From Actinomycetes bacterium (GTDB lineage: Bacteria; Actinomycetota; Actinomycetes; Actinomycetales; Cellulomonadaceae), in NCBI GenBank assembly GCA_021778635.1, contig JAJYCD010000002.1, forward strand, positions 13,970 through 77,969: a stretch of DNA of 64,000 nucleotides, given 5' to 3'. The notes under the pieces are model-generated. The model ran no database searches. It saw only the letters and a list, made by a program, of their open reading frames with translations, and had not been told where the DNA came from. Shown here in pieces: positions 28,007 through 36,768 of the stretch (the stretch's first letter is position 1; every line of letters begins with the position of its first letter). A program made the translations under genes and the position numbers.

Positions 28007-29491
28007 GTGACTGCCGCGCCAGCTGGACATGCACCCAGGCCCCGGGAGGCCGCGACCCGCCGATGGGTGGCACCCGCGGTGCTGGCGCTCGTCCAGCTCG
28101 CCGTGATGGCGACGTACTCGCTGACCCGGTACGACCAGTTCCTGACGGCGGGGCATGACCTTGGCATCTTCGACCAGGTCGTTCGCGCCTACTCGCACCT
28201 TCGCGCACCGATCGCCCCGCTCAAGGGCGACGGTTTCAACATCCTGGGCGACCACTTCCACCCGATCGTCGCGTTGCTGGCGCCGCTGTACTGGATCTGG
28301 GACGACCCGCGCATGCTGCTGCTCGCGCAGTCCGCACTCCTGGCGGTCTCGACACTGATCGTCTGGCGATTCACACGTCGAAGGCTGGCGCCCGGCTGGT
28401 CCACGGTCCTGACCGTCGGCTACGCCCTGGGCTGGCCGCTCCAGGGCATGGTCAACTTCGACTTCCACGAGGTCGCCTTCGCGGTCCCGCTGCTCGCCTG
28501 GGCGATCGACGCCCTGGATCGCCGGTCCGACGGAGAGCTCGCCGCAGCATCCGCACTGCTGCTGCTCGTCCGCGAGGACATGGGTGCACTCGTCGTGCTC
28601 CTCGGTGTCCTACGCACCCTTCGGCGGCCTCGGCGCATCGGCATCGTCCTGGGAACAGCGGGCGCCGCCTGGCTCGTCCTCGTCGCAGGCGTGCTGATCC
28701 CCCACTTCTCCCGTACGGGCCACTACGCGTACTGGGACCTCCCCGGGCTCGGCCCCGACGCCGGCGCTGCGCTCCGCACCGCGATCGCCGATCCGGGGAC
28801 GGTGCTGCGGCTCCTCGTCACCCCGGACGAGAAGTGGCACACGCTGCTCTTCCTCGTCGTGCCGCTCCTCCTCCTGCCGCTCCTCTCCGCTCGAAGCGTC
28901 CTCGCCGTGCCGTTGCTGGCCGAACGCTTCCTGTCGGCACGTCCCGCGCTCTGGGGGACGAGCTTCCACTACAACGCCCCCGTCTGGATCATCCTGTTCC
29001 TCGCGACGATCGACGTCGTCGGCCGACCTCACGGCTGGCGTCGACACCTGCTGGGATCGGCGCTCGCCGTCACCCTCGTCGTCGTTCCGGTCGTGGGACT
29101 CGTCCTGGAACCGGCCAGCGTCCAGTCCCTCCTGCCGCTGGCGCGTCTGGTCGACGGCAGCGCGTTCCAGACCACGGCACACATCCGGGACCAGGCCGCG
29201 ATCGTCGCGCAGGTACCGGCAGGTGTCTGCGTCGTCGCCGACGATCGGCTCGCGTCGCACCTCACGTCGAAGGACGTCGTTGCGACCTTCGGTCTGACGA
29301 ACCGGTCGCAGGACTTCTACGCGATCGACCTCTCGCAGCCGGTCCTGTCGGTCGAGCCGAACCAGAAGACGACGCAGGACGCCCTTCGCACCGCGCAGGC
29401 TGAGGGCTTCCGGGAAGTCGCGCGCGCCGGCACGGTCGTGCTGCTGCGGTCGCCGTCGTACGCCGGTCCGACGCCTGCGTGCCGCCCGTGA
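28007..29491 (+). CDS. DUF2079-family polytopic membrane protein (GT-C-like putative glycosyltransferase)
   Basis: 494 aa from GTG 28007, with GGAGA 8 nt upstream. Motifs: YDQFLTAGHDLGIFDQ, GDHFHPI and DFHEVAF. It has many TM segments. Confidence 0.75.
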   Translation: MTAAPAGHAPRPREAATRRWVAPAVLALVQLAVMATYSLTRYDQFLTAGHDLGIFDQVVRAYSHLRAPIAPLKGDGFNILGDHFHPIVALLAPLYWIWDDPRMLLLAQSALLAVSTLIVWRFTRRRLAPGWSTVLTVGYALGWPLQGMVNFDFHEVAFAVPLLAWAIDALDRRSDGELAAASALLLLVREDMGALVVLLGVLRTLRRPRRIGIVLGTAGAAWLVLVAGVLIPHFSRTGHYAYWDLPGLGPDAGAALRTAIADPGTVLRLLVTPDEKWHTLLFLVVPLLLLPLLSARSVLAVPLLAERFLSARPALWGTSFHYNAPVWIILFLATIDVVGRPHGWRRHLLGSALAVTLVVVPVVGLVLEPASVQSLLPLARLVDGSAFQTTAHIRDQAAIVAQVPAGVCVVADDRLASHLTSKDVVATFGLTNRSQDFYAIDLSQPVLSVEPNQKTTQDALRTAQAEGFREVARAGTVVLLRSPSYAGPTPACRP

Positions 29492-29569
29492 CGCGACTCG
29501 GACCAGCAGATCTGGCCTGATCGCCGCCACGGCGCAGTGTTAGCGTGAGGGTCCCCTGCTGGAGGTCTG

Positions 29570-31243
29570 ATGCGATCGTCCCACCTTCGCGGCCGATACA
29601 TCCACATCGTGACGTTCTTCGCCGGAGTCATCGCGCGGTTCGTGCTGTGGGACATCGTCCTGCGTCATCTCGGATTCCGGCGCTGGGTTCGGCGAACCAG
29701 GAACGAGCGATTCCGACGGGAGGCGGCGCGCTTCCGGGTGCTCGCGATCCGCATGGGCGGCGTCATGATCAAGATCGGGCAGTTCCTGTCCTCGCGGCTG
29801 GACGTGCTGCCGCGTGAGGTGACCGACGAGCTCGCGAACCTGCAGGACGAGGTGCCGGCCGAGGACTTCCTCGCGATCAGATCGCTCGCCGAGGCGGAGC
29901 TCGGCGCCTCGCTCGACGAGCTCTTCGCTCGGGTCGATCCCGTACCGATGGCCGCAGCCTCCTTGGGTCAGGTGCACCGGGCGACGCTCCGTAGCGCGGA
30001 CGACAGCGACTTCCGCGATGTCGTCATCAAGGTCCAGCGCCCAGGCATCGCCGCGATCGTCACCACGGACCTCGCCGCGCTCCGCAGGGTCGGCACCTGG
30101 CTGATGCGCTACCGCCCGATCCGCACGCACGCGGACGTCCCCGCGCTGCTGCGTGAGTTCTCCACGGTGCTGCACGAGGAGATCGACTACGAGCGCGAGG
30201 CCGACAACGCCGAGATCTTCCACGCGAACGTCGCCGACGACCCGGGCATCCAGGTCCCCCGGGTCGTCCGGGCGCTGAGCACCCGGCGGGTCCTCACCCT
30301 CGAGGACGTCGCCGCGATCAAGATCACCGACTACGCGGCCATCACGGCCGCCGGGATCGACCGCGCCGAGGTCGCCGAGCGGCTCGTGACGGCCTACCTC
30401 AAGCAGACCTTCGAGGACGGGTTCGTCCACGCAGACCCGCATCCCGGGAACCTGTTCGTCACCCCGGTGGCCGGTCACGACGGCGCGGCGGCGACCTGGC
30501 GCCTGACCTTCGTCGACTTCGGCATGGTCGCGCGGATCCCCGACTCCGTCCGCACGAGTCTGCGGGAGCTCGTGATCGCGGTGGGGACCCGGGATGCTTC
30601 CCGGGTCGTGAAGGCCTACCAGCTGCTCGACATGCTGCTGCCGGGCGCGGACCTCGCGGCGATCGAGAGAGCTGAGGCACAGGTCTTCGACAAGTACTGG
30701 GGCCTCTCGATGAGCGAGCTCCGGAACATCGACCCGCACGAGGTGCGCGAGTTCGCCCACCAGTATCGCGACCTGCTCCTCGACATGCCGTTCCAGGTCC
30801 CTCAGAACCTCATCTACGTCGTGCGGACGGTCGCCATCCTGTCCGGGATGTGCACCGGCCTCGATCCGGACGTCAACCTCTGGGAGCAGGTGGCACCCTA
30901 CGCGCGCCGCCTCGTCGAGGACGAGGCCACGGCGGGCGCCGGGCAGTGGCTCGACAGGATCGGAGACGCCCTGCTCGCGGTGCTCGCGCTGCCGACGCAG
31001 ACGAGTCGCGTCCTCTCCCGGATCGAGGGAGGCGGGCTCCCGGTCCGGGACGAGCAGGCAGGTCGTGCGCTGCGCTCGCTGGCTCGGTCCGTCGACCGGC
31101 TGACCACCGCGGTCGTCGCGGCCGGTCTCCTGGTCGCGGGTTCGGTGCTCGTGGCGTCGGGTCATGACGGCGCAGGCGGTGGAGTCCTCGGCCTGTCCGG
31201 CATCTCCCTGGTGTGGTTGGTGATCGGCGGCCCGCGACGCTGA
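29570..31243 (+). CDS. ABC1/UbiB-family atypical kinase
   Basis: 557 aa with GGAGG upstream. Motifs: MIKIGQFLSSRLDVLPREV, AAASLGQVHRA, VVIKVQRPG, HADPHPGNLFV and FVDFGM. It has two C-terminal TM segments. Confidence 0.85.
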   Translation: MRSSHLRGRYIHIVTFFAGVIARFVLWDIVLRHLGFRRWVRRTRNERFRREAARFRVLAIRMGGVMIKIGQFLSSRLDVLPREVTDELANLQDEVPAEDFLAIRSLAEAELGASLDELFARVDPVPMAAASLGQVHRATLRSADDSDFRDVVIKVQRPGIAAIVTTDLAALRRVGTWLMRYRPIRTHADVPALLREFSTVLHEEIDYEREADNAEIFHANVADDPGIQVPRVVRALSTRRVLTLEDVAAIKITDYAAITAAGIDRAEVAERLVTAYLKQTFEDGFVHADPHPGNLFVTPVAGHDGAAATWRLTFVDFGMVARIPDSVRTSLRELVIAVGTRDASRVVKAYQLLDMLLPGADLAAIERAEAQVFDKYWGLSMSELRNIDPHEVREFAHQYRDLLLDMPFQVPQNLIYVVRTVAILSGMCTGLDPDVNLWEQVAPYARRLVEDEATAGAGQWLDRIGDALLAVLALPTQTSRVLSRIEGGGLPVRDEQAGRALRSLARSVDRLTTAVVAAGLLVAGSVLVASGHDGAGGGVLGLSGISLVWLVIGGPRR

Positions 31244-31275
31244 CGCGGGTCCCCGCCGCGGCCGGACCGATCCGC

Positions 31276-31503
31276 TTACGCCTTCGGGCTCTTCTCGTCG
31301 ATGCGCTGGATCGCCGTGTCGAGGACTCCGCGCCACGCGAGGAGCATCTCGCGCCGCGCGGTGTCCCGGTGATCGAAGAAGGCCTCGGGAAGGAACGTCT
31401 CCAGGCCCTTGCGCATCTCGGTCCGCGCCGCGTGGAGGTGCTGGCGGACCTCGTCCGGGACGTGCGCCCGGAATGCGTCGTGACTCGCTCGGCTCTCGGT
31501 CAT
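31276..31503 (-). CDS. small helical hypothetical protein (75 aa)
   Basis: A strong AAGGAG sits 7 nt upstream of the ATG. The composition is non-shadow (Glu/His/Phe/Lys present). It is convergent with the kinase gene. I recognise no family. Confidence 0.55.
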   Translation of the reverse strand: MTESRASHDAFRAHVPDEVRQHLHAARTEMRKGLETFLPEAFFDHRDTARREMLLAWRGVLDTAIQRIDEKSPKA

Positions 31504-31555
31504 GAGCGGCTCCTTGCTCGGGATCCCAGGATAGCAACGGGGGCTGGCGACGCGG

Positions 31556-32575
31556 TCACCGCCAGCCGAGGCCCGGTGCGACGTCGCGGAGGACGCTCTC
31601 CATCAGGTGCGCGTTGTAGTCGACGCCGAGCTGGTTCGGGATCGTCAGCAGCAGTGTGTCTGCGGCTGCCACGGCCTCGTCCTCGGCGCGAGCTCGCACG
31701 AGCTGGTCCGGCTCTCCGGCGTACGTCTTGCCGAACCTGGCGGTACCTCCGTCCAGATGGCCGACCTGATCGGCACTGGCGACGTCCCTCCCGAAGTAGG
31801 CCCGGTCGAGGTCGCTCACGATCGGGAAGATGCTGCGGCTGACGGAGACACGCGGTTCACGCGGATGACCTGCGGACCTCCAGGCGCTCCGGAATCGTCG
31901 GATCTGCTCGGCCTGGAGCTGGTGGAACGGTACGCCGGTATCCTCGGTGAGCAGCGTCGAGCTCATCAGGTTCATGCCGTGCGTCGCGGCCCACTCCGCG
32001 GTCTGACGTGATCCGGCGCCCCACCAGATCCGCTCGGAGAGTCCAGGTGCGTGCGGTTCGACCCGGAGCAGCCCGGGCGGGTTGGGGAACATCGGACGAG
32101 GGTTCGGCGTCGCGAACCCCTCCCCCGTGAGGACCTCGAGGAACCGGCGCGTGTGCTCACGAGCCATGGCCGCATGATCTTCTCCCTCCGCAGGCTCGTG
32201 GCCGAAGTAGCGGAAGCCGTCGACGACCTGCTCCGGCGACCCCCGACTGATGCCCAGCTGGAGCCGGCCACCCGAGACGAGATCGGCGACTCCGGCATCC
32301 TCGGCCATGTAGAGAGGATTCTCGTAGCGCATGTCGATCACACCCGTGCCGATCTCGATCCGGCTGGTCCGGGCCCCGATGGCGGCGAGCAGCGGGAACG
32401 GCGCCGACAGCTGGTTCGCGAAGTGGTGGACCCGGAAGTAGGCGCCGTCGGCGCCGAGCTCCTCGACGGCGACGGCGAGCTCGATCGACTGCAGGATCGC
32501 GTCGGACGCCGAACGCGCCTGCGAGTGCGGTGAGGGTGACCAGTGGCCGAACGAGAGGAAGCCGATCTTCTTCAT
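31556..32575 (-). CDS. LLM-class (luciferase-like) flavin-dependent oxidoreductase
   Basis: 339 aa from ATG 32575 (MKKIGFLSFGHW), with GAGGGA upstream. Motifs: GADGAYFRVHHF, IEIGTGVIDMRYENPLYMAED and RLQLGISRG. Confidence 0.85.
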   Translation of the reverse strand: MKKIGFLSFGHWSPSPHSQARSASDAILQSIELAVAVEELGADGAYFRVHHFANQLSAPFPLLAAIGARTSRIEIGTGVIDMRYENPLYMAEDAGVADLVSGGRLQLGISRGSPEQVVDGFRYFGHEPAEGEDHAAMAREHTRRFLEVLTGEGFATPNPRPMFPNPPGLLRVEPHAPGLSERIWWGAGSRQTAEWAATHGMNLMSSTLLTEDTGVPFHQLQAEQIRRFRSAWRSAGHPREPRVSVSRSIFPIVSDLDRAYFGRDVASADQVGHLDGGTARFGKTYAGEPDQLVRARAEDEAVAAADTLLLTIPNQLGVDYNAHLMESVLRDVAPGLGWR

Positions 32576-32691
32576 TCCCTCACGATGACAGACTCTCCCG
32601 CCATCCCCCTGGGCCCGCGCCGCACCTCCGCAGCGAGCTACTGGTCGATGTCCGCGCCGCCGTGCGTCCGGCGACTGGTGGTGCCTCCGTG

Positions 32692-33650
32692 TCATTCGAG
32701 CGGCACGAGAACGGCGTCGACCTTGAGGGTTCCGCCGGTCGCCCCAGGAACGCTCGTCGGAGGTCTTGTGCGACGCTGCGCGGATCCCGATCGACGGCGT
32801 CGCGAAGGAGTCCCCAGAGGTCGAACGCGGCGGCGCTGCGCCTGTCCATGCTGTCGGTCATCGGCAAGAGGGCGGTCGCCTGACACCGGCTGTCGCTCCT
32901 GATGAGCGAACGTCCCCGGCCGGATGCCGAGCGGAGGGCCCCGCGAGCACGACGATGGTCACCTCGCCGCGGCGGAGCAGCAGTCCGCCAGGGTGACCTG
33001 CGGTGACGATCCGAACCGCGGCAGGTTTCGCGCCGAGCGTCGCCGACGCCGGTTCGAAGTCGCCCTGAACGGTGGTCAGGTCGATCTCGACGAGGATGCA
33101 GGCGACGCACTCTCCTGCCTCCGCGTGTGCGGGCACGCCTGGTGAGCGGGCACGCCTGGTGAGCGGTCACGCCTGGTGGGCGGTCACGCCTGGTGGGCGG
33201 TCTCGCCCGCTCGACGAGGCTGGCGCCGCTGCGCCGGGCGTTGCGCACGGTATGGACGGTCAGGGTGGCGAGCAGTGCGGCGGTGACGTCATGCCCGACG
33301 CCGCCGGTGAGGCTGGTCATCAACCAATCGCTCGAGGCGACGCAGTCGCAGGCTTCTCCTCCGGCGCTCGCGGCGGGCTCGAGCCATCCGGCGAGGGTGA
33401 ACGCCCCTCCGTCGCACACGAACGCTGCCGGAAGGAGACGCCACTGGATCTCCATCGCGAGCTCGAAGGGGGTCGATCTCGTGGCCGTCTCGTACACGTC
33501 GGCGTGGCGCCGGTTGGCGATCACGGCGCATCCCAGCGCATGGGCCATCTCGCGAAGCTGCGCGGCGACCGTCGGTCGGACGAGATCGACCTCTGACCGT
33601 GCGCCCGCCGAGGTCCAGCTGCTGTCGTCCGGCGGCTCGACGGACAGCAC
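32692..33650 (-). pseudogene. PP2C/SpoIIE-family serine phosphatase pseudogene (multiple frameshifts)
   Basis: The homology path changes frame at least four times. The segments are: ELAMEIQWRLLPAA...GGEACD...LTGGVGHDVTAALL (frame of ORF 32580..33650); HAEAGECVACILVEIDL...VTAGHPGGLLLRRGEV (ORF 32858..33136); GPPLGIRPGTFAHQERQPVSGD (third frame); ALLPMTDSMDRRSAAAFDLWGLL (first frame); GGTLKVDAVLVPLE-stop (third frame). The metal-binding Asp positions also look degraded. Confidence 0.7.
33131..33198. repeat. 17-bp tandem repeat, 4 full copies (2+2 variants) plus a degenerate fifth, inside the PP2C pseudogene
   Basis: The units are gggcacgcctggtgagc x2 (33131-33164) and ggtcacgcctggtgggc x2 (33165-33198), followed by the related ggtctcgcccgctcgac. 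Read directly from the sequence. Confidence 0.9.
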
Positions 33651-33689
33651 GCCGAGCGCGACGCCGCCCGGGCGACGTAGCGTCGAGTC

Positions 33690-34001
33690 ATGTGCCGCAA
33701 CATCACCACCCTGCGTGGGCTCGAGCCGCCCGCGACGACCGACGAGATCGAGGCCGCGGCGGCGCAGTACATCCGCAAGGTCACGGGCATCACCAGCGTC
33801 ACCGACGTGACGAGCGACGCGTTCAGCACCGCGGTCGCCGCGGTCGCATCCGCCACCGCCCAGGTGCTCGCTGACCTGCCCCAGCGCCGAAGGCCCCCCA
33901 CCACCGTGCCTCCGCTACGGCGCGATGATGTCGGCGCGCACGCCGTAGGCCATCGGCCTACGGCAGAGGAGCACGCGCACGGTGCGTCGCCCCGCCACTG
34001 A
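33690..34001 (+). CDS. DUF2277-family small protein
   Basis: The N-terminus MCRNITTLRGLEPPATTDEIEAAAAQYIRKVTGIT matches the conserved MCRNI..L...EPPAT.EEI.AAA.QY(V/I)RK start of DUF2277 proteins. The C-terminal about 35 aa is atypical and overlaps the convergent pseudogene, so the true stop or frame is uncertain. Confidence 0.65.
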   Translation: MCRNITTLRGLEPPATTDEIEAAAAQYIRKVTGITSVTDVTSDAFSTAVAAVASATAQVLADLPQRRRPPTTVPPLRRDDVGAHAVGHRPTAEEHAHGASPRH

Positions 34002-34626
34002 TCGGTCCCGGCGGAGGGTGGGTCTGACGGGCGCTGCGGGTGTCCCTAGCCGGGACGCCCCCGCGACGAGCACGATGTTCACGGTGGCGAACGCCGGGCT
34101 CATGGGCTCGTCACCCAGGTTCAGTCCGCCGACGGAGAACGTCGTGCCCGACCAGTCCGCTACCGAGGCGCCCAGGGGACGAGTCAGGGCGTAGGCCACC
34201 CAGAAGCTCGCGACGCCACCTCGTGACCGGGTGGACCGAGAGCGTGCCCTCCACGCGCCACCAGGTCCAGAGCACCGCGGCGAGGATCAGCGCGTAGCCG
34301 ATGCTCGAGCAGAGGAAGGGCACCGCGAGCACGACGTGGAGCACGTCGGCGACCATCGTGCCGAGGACGCCGATCATGGTCCCCGCGAACCAGGACGTCC
34401 AGGGGTGGTACCGACCGCGACCGAGCTGGAGCCCGAGCGCGATCAGGCACACGACGAACGTGCCCAGGACCGCGATCACCGGGTCGACGGCGAACACGAG
34501 GTAGTCGGGCGTCGACTCACCCAGCGCTGTCGAGAGCGCCCTGATCACTCAGGACGTCGCGGTGACCTCCGCGACACGAACCGCCGTCGACTGCGTCGAG
34601 GGCGCCAGGCGCAGGGTCGAGAGCAC
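33915..34626 (-). pseudogene. COG4705-like membrane-anchored protein gene disrupted by an in-frame TGA and a frameshift
   Basis: The N-terminal part reads RVAEVTATS-TGA(34549-34551)-VIRALSTALGESTPDYLV, where intact homologs have ..PE(V/I)T..FW.IK.L.T..GE. A frame change near 34206 (RRE/c/FWVAYALTRPLGASVADW) joins ORFs 34111..34548 and 33915..34199. Confidence 0.6.
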
Positions 34627-34797
34627 CCGCTCTTCCACGGACGTCGGCACCACACATCGGTCGGTACCGAACCGGTGGCGCGTCTCGACTCCGGGCGGCC
34701 GTTCGCCGTCGTGATCACCTCTCGGGCGCCGGCACACTCGCGGCTCGGGTCCGGCCGGATCCAGCCTTCGAGATCGCCCGCCCCGCGAAGGCGCCCC

Positions 34798-35619
34798 CTA
34801 GACGTCGCGTCGGCGCAGCAGGACCAGGGCGACGGCGAAGGTGACGGCCACCCAACCGGCGAAGACGGCGAGCCCGACCCAGGGGGTGAGCTGCAGGGGC
34901 TGGGCTACCTTCTCGATGATCTGGAAGCCCGCGTTGGACGGGAGCCACTGCGCGATGGCGTCGCGGTGCCAGGACAACGGCAGGAAGTTCATCATGATCG
35001 GCAGGATGAACAGCAGACCAGCCAGGGTCGTGATGGCGGCCGGCGTGCTGCGTAGCAGTGCGCCCAGTCCCACTCCGAGCAACCCGCACAAGGTGAGGTA
35101 GAGCGCGGCACCGACCACGATGCGCAGCGCGTTCGGGCTGGTCAGAGACACGCCGAGGTGCCGCGAGTCGCGGCCGAGGATCCACTGGGACGCGAAGAAC
35201 GTCACGAAGGTCGTGACCGCCGCGACCACGAAGGTGACCAGGGCGAACACGGAGGCCTTGACTGCGAGCAGGAGCCCGCGCTGGGGAACGGCGGTGAAGG
35301 TCGTGCGGATCATCCCCGAGGAGTACTCCGCGGTGACGATCAGCACCCCGAGCACCCCGATCGCCAGCTGACTCAGGAAGAGCGCGTTGAACGGGAACCC
35401 GGCGGCGTTGAAGTCGGGCCCGATGGGCTCACGGCCCGAGGTGCGGCCCAGCGCGAACAGCGAGCCGAGCCCGATGGTGAGCCCTGCGGTGACCAGCAGC
35501 GTCCAGAAGGTCGACCGCAGCGACCGGATCTTGGTCCATTCCGAGCGCGCCACACCGGCCGGTCCGGGTCGGTGGTCGGGTCGGACGGTCGAGGTGATGG
35601 TGGGGGCGATGGCGCTCAC
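34798..35619 (-). CDS. ABC-2 type transporter permease
   Basis: 273 aa with 6 TM segments. The SEWTKIRSLRSTFWTL N-terminus is typical of ABC-2 exporter permeases. It starts 4 nt downstream of the ATPase gene. Confidence 0.8.
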   Translation of the reverse strand: MSAIAPTITSTVRPDHRPGPAGVARSEWTKIRSLRSTFWTLLVTAGLTIGLGSLFALGRTSGREPIGPDFNAAGFPFNALFLSQLAIGVLGVLIVTAEYSSGMIRTTFTAVPQRGLLLAVKASVFALVTFVVAAVTTFVTFFASQWILGRDSRHLGVSLTSPNALRIVVGAALYLTLCGLLGVGLGALLRSTPAAITTLAGLLFILPIMMNFLPLSWHRDAIAQWLPSNAGFQIIEKVAQPLQLTPWVGLAVFAGWVAVTFAVALVLLRRRDV

Positions 35620-35622
35620 GGG

Positions 35623-36603
35623 TCAGGCCTTCCTGTGCGAGGCGACGGGTGCGGCCGGACGCTCGGCGGGCTGTTCTGCGCCGTGCGCGCGGAACTCGAC
35701 GTCATCGGCCGTGAGCTCCATGAAGGCCTGCTCGAGAGAGGCCTTCTCACTGGTCAGCTCGTGGATCGCGATGCCGTGGTGCAGCGCGAGGTCACCGATG
35801 ACCGATCGCTCGAGACCGGCCACCGTGAAGGTCGGCGCCTCGCCGTCGTGCCCGGCCTCGACCTGTCCCACGTCACTCGACGTCTCGAGCACGAGCTGGC
35901 GCAGCCGCGCGGCGTCCGGCGAGGACACGCGCACCCGTCCGCCCGAGGCGCGCGCGACGAACTCGGCGACCGAGGTGTCGGCGATCAGCCGCCCCCGCCC
36001 GATGACGACCAGGTGGTCGGCAGTCAGCGCCATCTCAGCCATCAGGTGGGAGGACACGAACACCGTGCGCCCCTCCCCCGCGAGCGACTTCAGAAGATTG
36101 CGGACCCAGATGATCCCCTCGGGGTCCAGACCGTTGACGGGCTCGTCGAGCAGCAGCACCCCGGGGTCCCCCAGCAGCGCCGTCGCGATACCCAGCCGCT
36201 GACCCATGCCCAACGAGTACTGCCCCGCACGCCGGCGCGCGACGTGCTCCAGGCCCACGAGCTCCAGGACCTGCCTGACGCGCCGGGGACCGAACCCGTT
36301 GGACTGGGCGACCGCCAGCAGATGGTTGTACGAGCTGCGCCCGGGATGGATGGCCTTGGCCTCCAGCAACGCACCGACCTCGTGCAGGGGGTAGCGGTGC
36401 TCGCGGTACGCCGTGCCGTTGACCGTCACCGACCCGCCGGTCGGCGCGTCCAGGCCCAGGATCATGCGCATCGTGGTGGACTTGCCCGCACCGTTCGGGC
36501 CCAGGAACCCCGTCACGTGACCCGGCGACGCCGCAAACGTCAGCCGGTCCACCGCGAGCGTCTCGCCGTACCGCTTGCTGAGCTCACGCGCCTCGATCAT
36601 CAC
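35623..36603 (-). CDS. ABC transporter ATP-binding protein
   Basis: 326 aa. It has Walker A GPNGAGKST, the signature YSLGMGQRLG, and Walker B LLLDEPVNGLD. Confidence 0.9.
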   Translation of the reverse strand: MMIEARELSKRYGETLAVDRLTFAASPGHVTGFLGPNGAGKSTTMRMILGLDAPTGGSVTVNGTAYREHRYPLHEVGALLEAKAIHPGRSSYNHLLAVAQSNGFGPRRVRQVLELVGLEHVARRRAGQYSLGMGQRLGIATALLGDPGVLLLDEPVNGLDPEGIIWVRNLLKSLAGEGRTVFVSSHLMAEMALTADHLVVIGRGRLIADTSVAEFVARASGGRVRVSSPDAARLRQLVLETSSDVGQVEAGHDGEAPTFTVAGLERSVIGDLALHHGIAIHELTSEKASLEQAFMELTADDVEFRAHGAEQPAERPAAPVASHRKA

Positions 36604-36768
36604 ACGTTCCGGGGTGTCGGGTGAAGTGACATGGCCCCAGCGTGCCCCGCCGCCGCTGCCCTGTCATCAGCCCTCAGAACCCTCGCACCACGACGGACAT
36701 CATCCCCAGGGTTGATCGCCGGCGGGACCGGGCGGGAGTCCTCTCGGCCCCGACCGGCCCCGGTGTGG

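Noticed and set aside
33131-33198. Whether the 17-bp tandem repeat could be a CRISPR array or a transposon end.
   Set aside because: The units are directly abutting with no spacers and are only 17 bp long. They lie inside a recognisable coding relic. No cas or transposase genes occur anywhere in the window.
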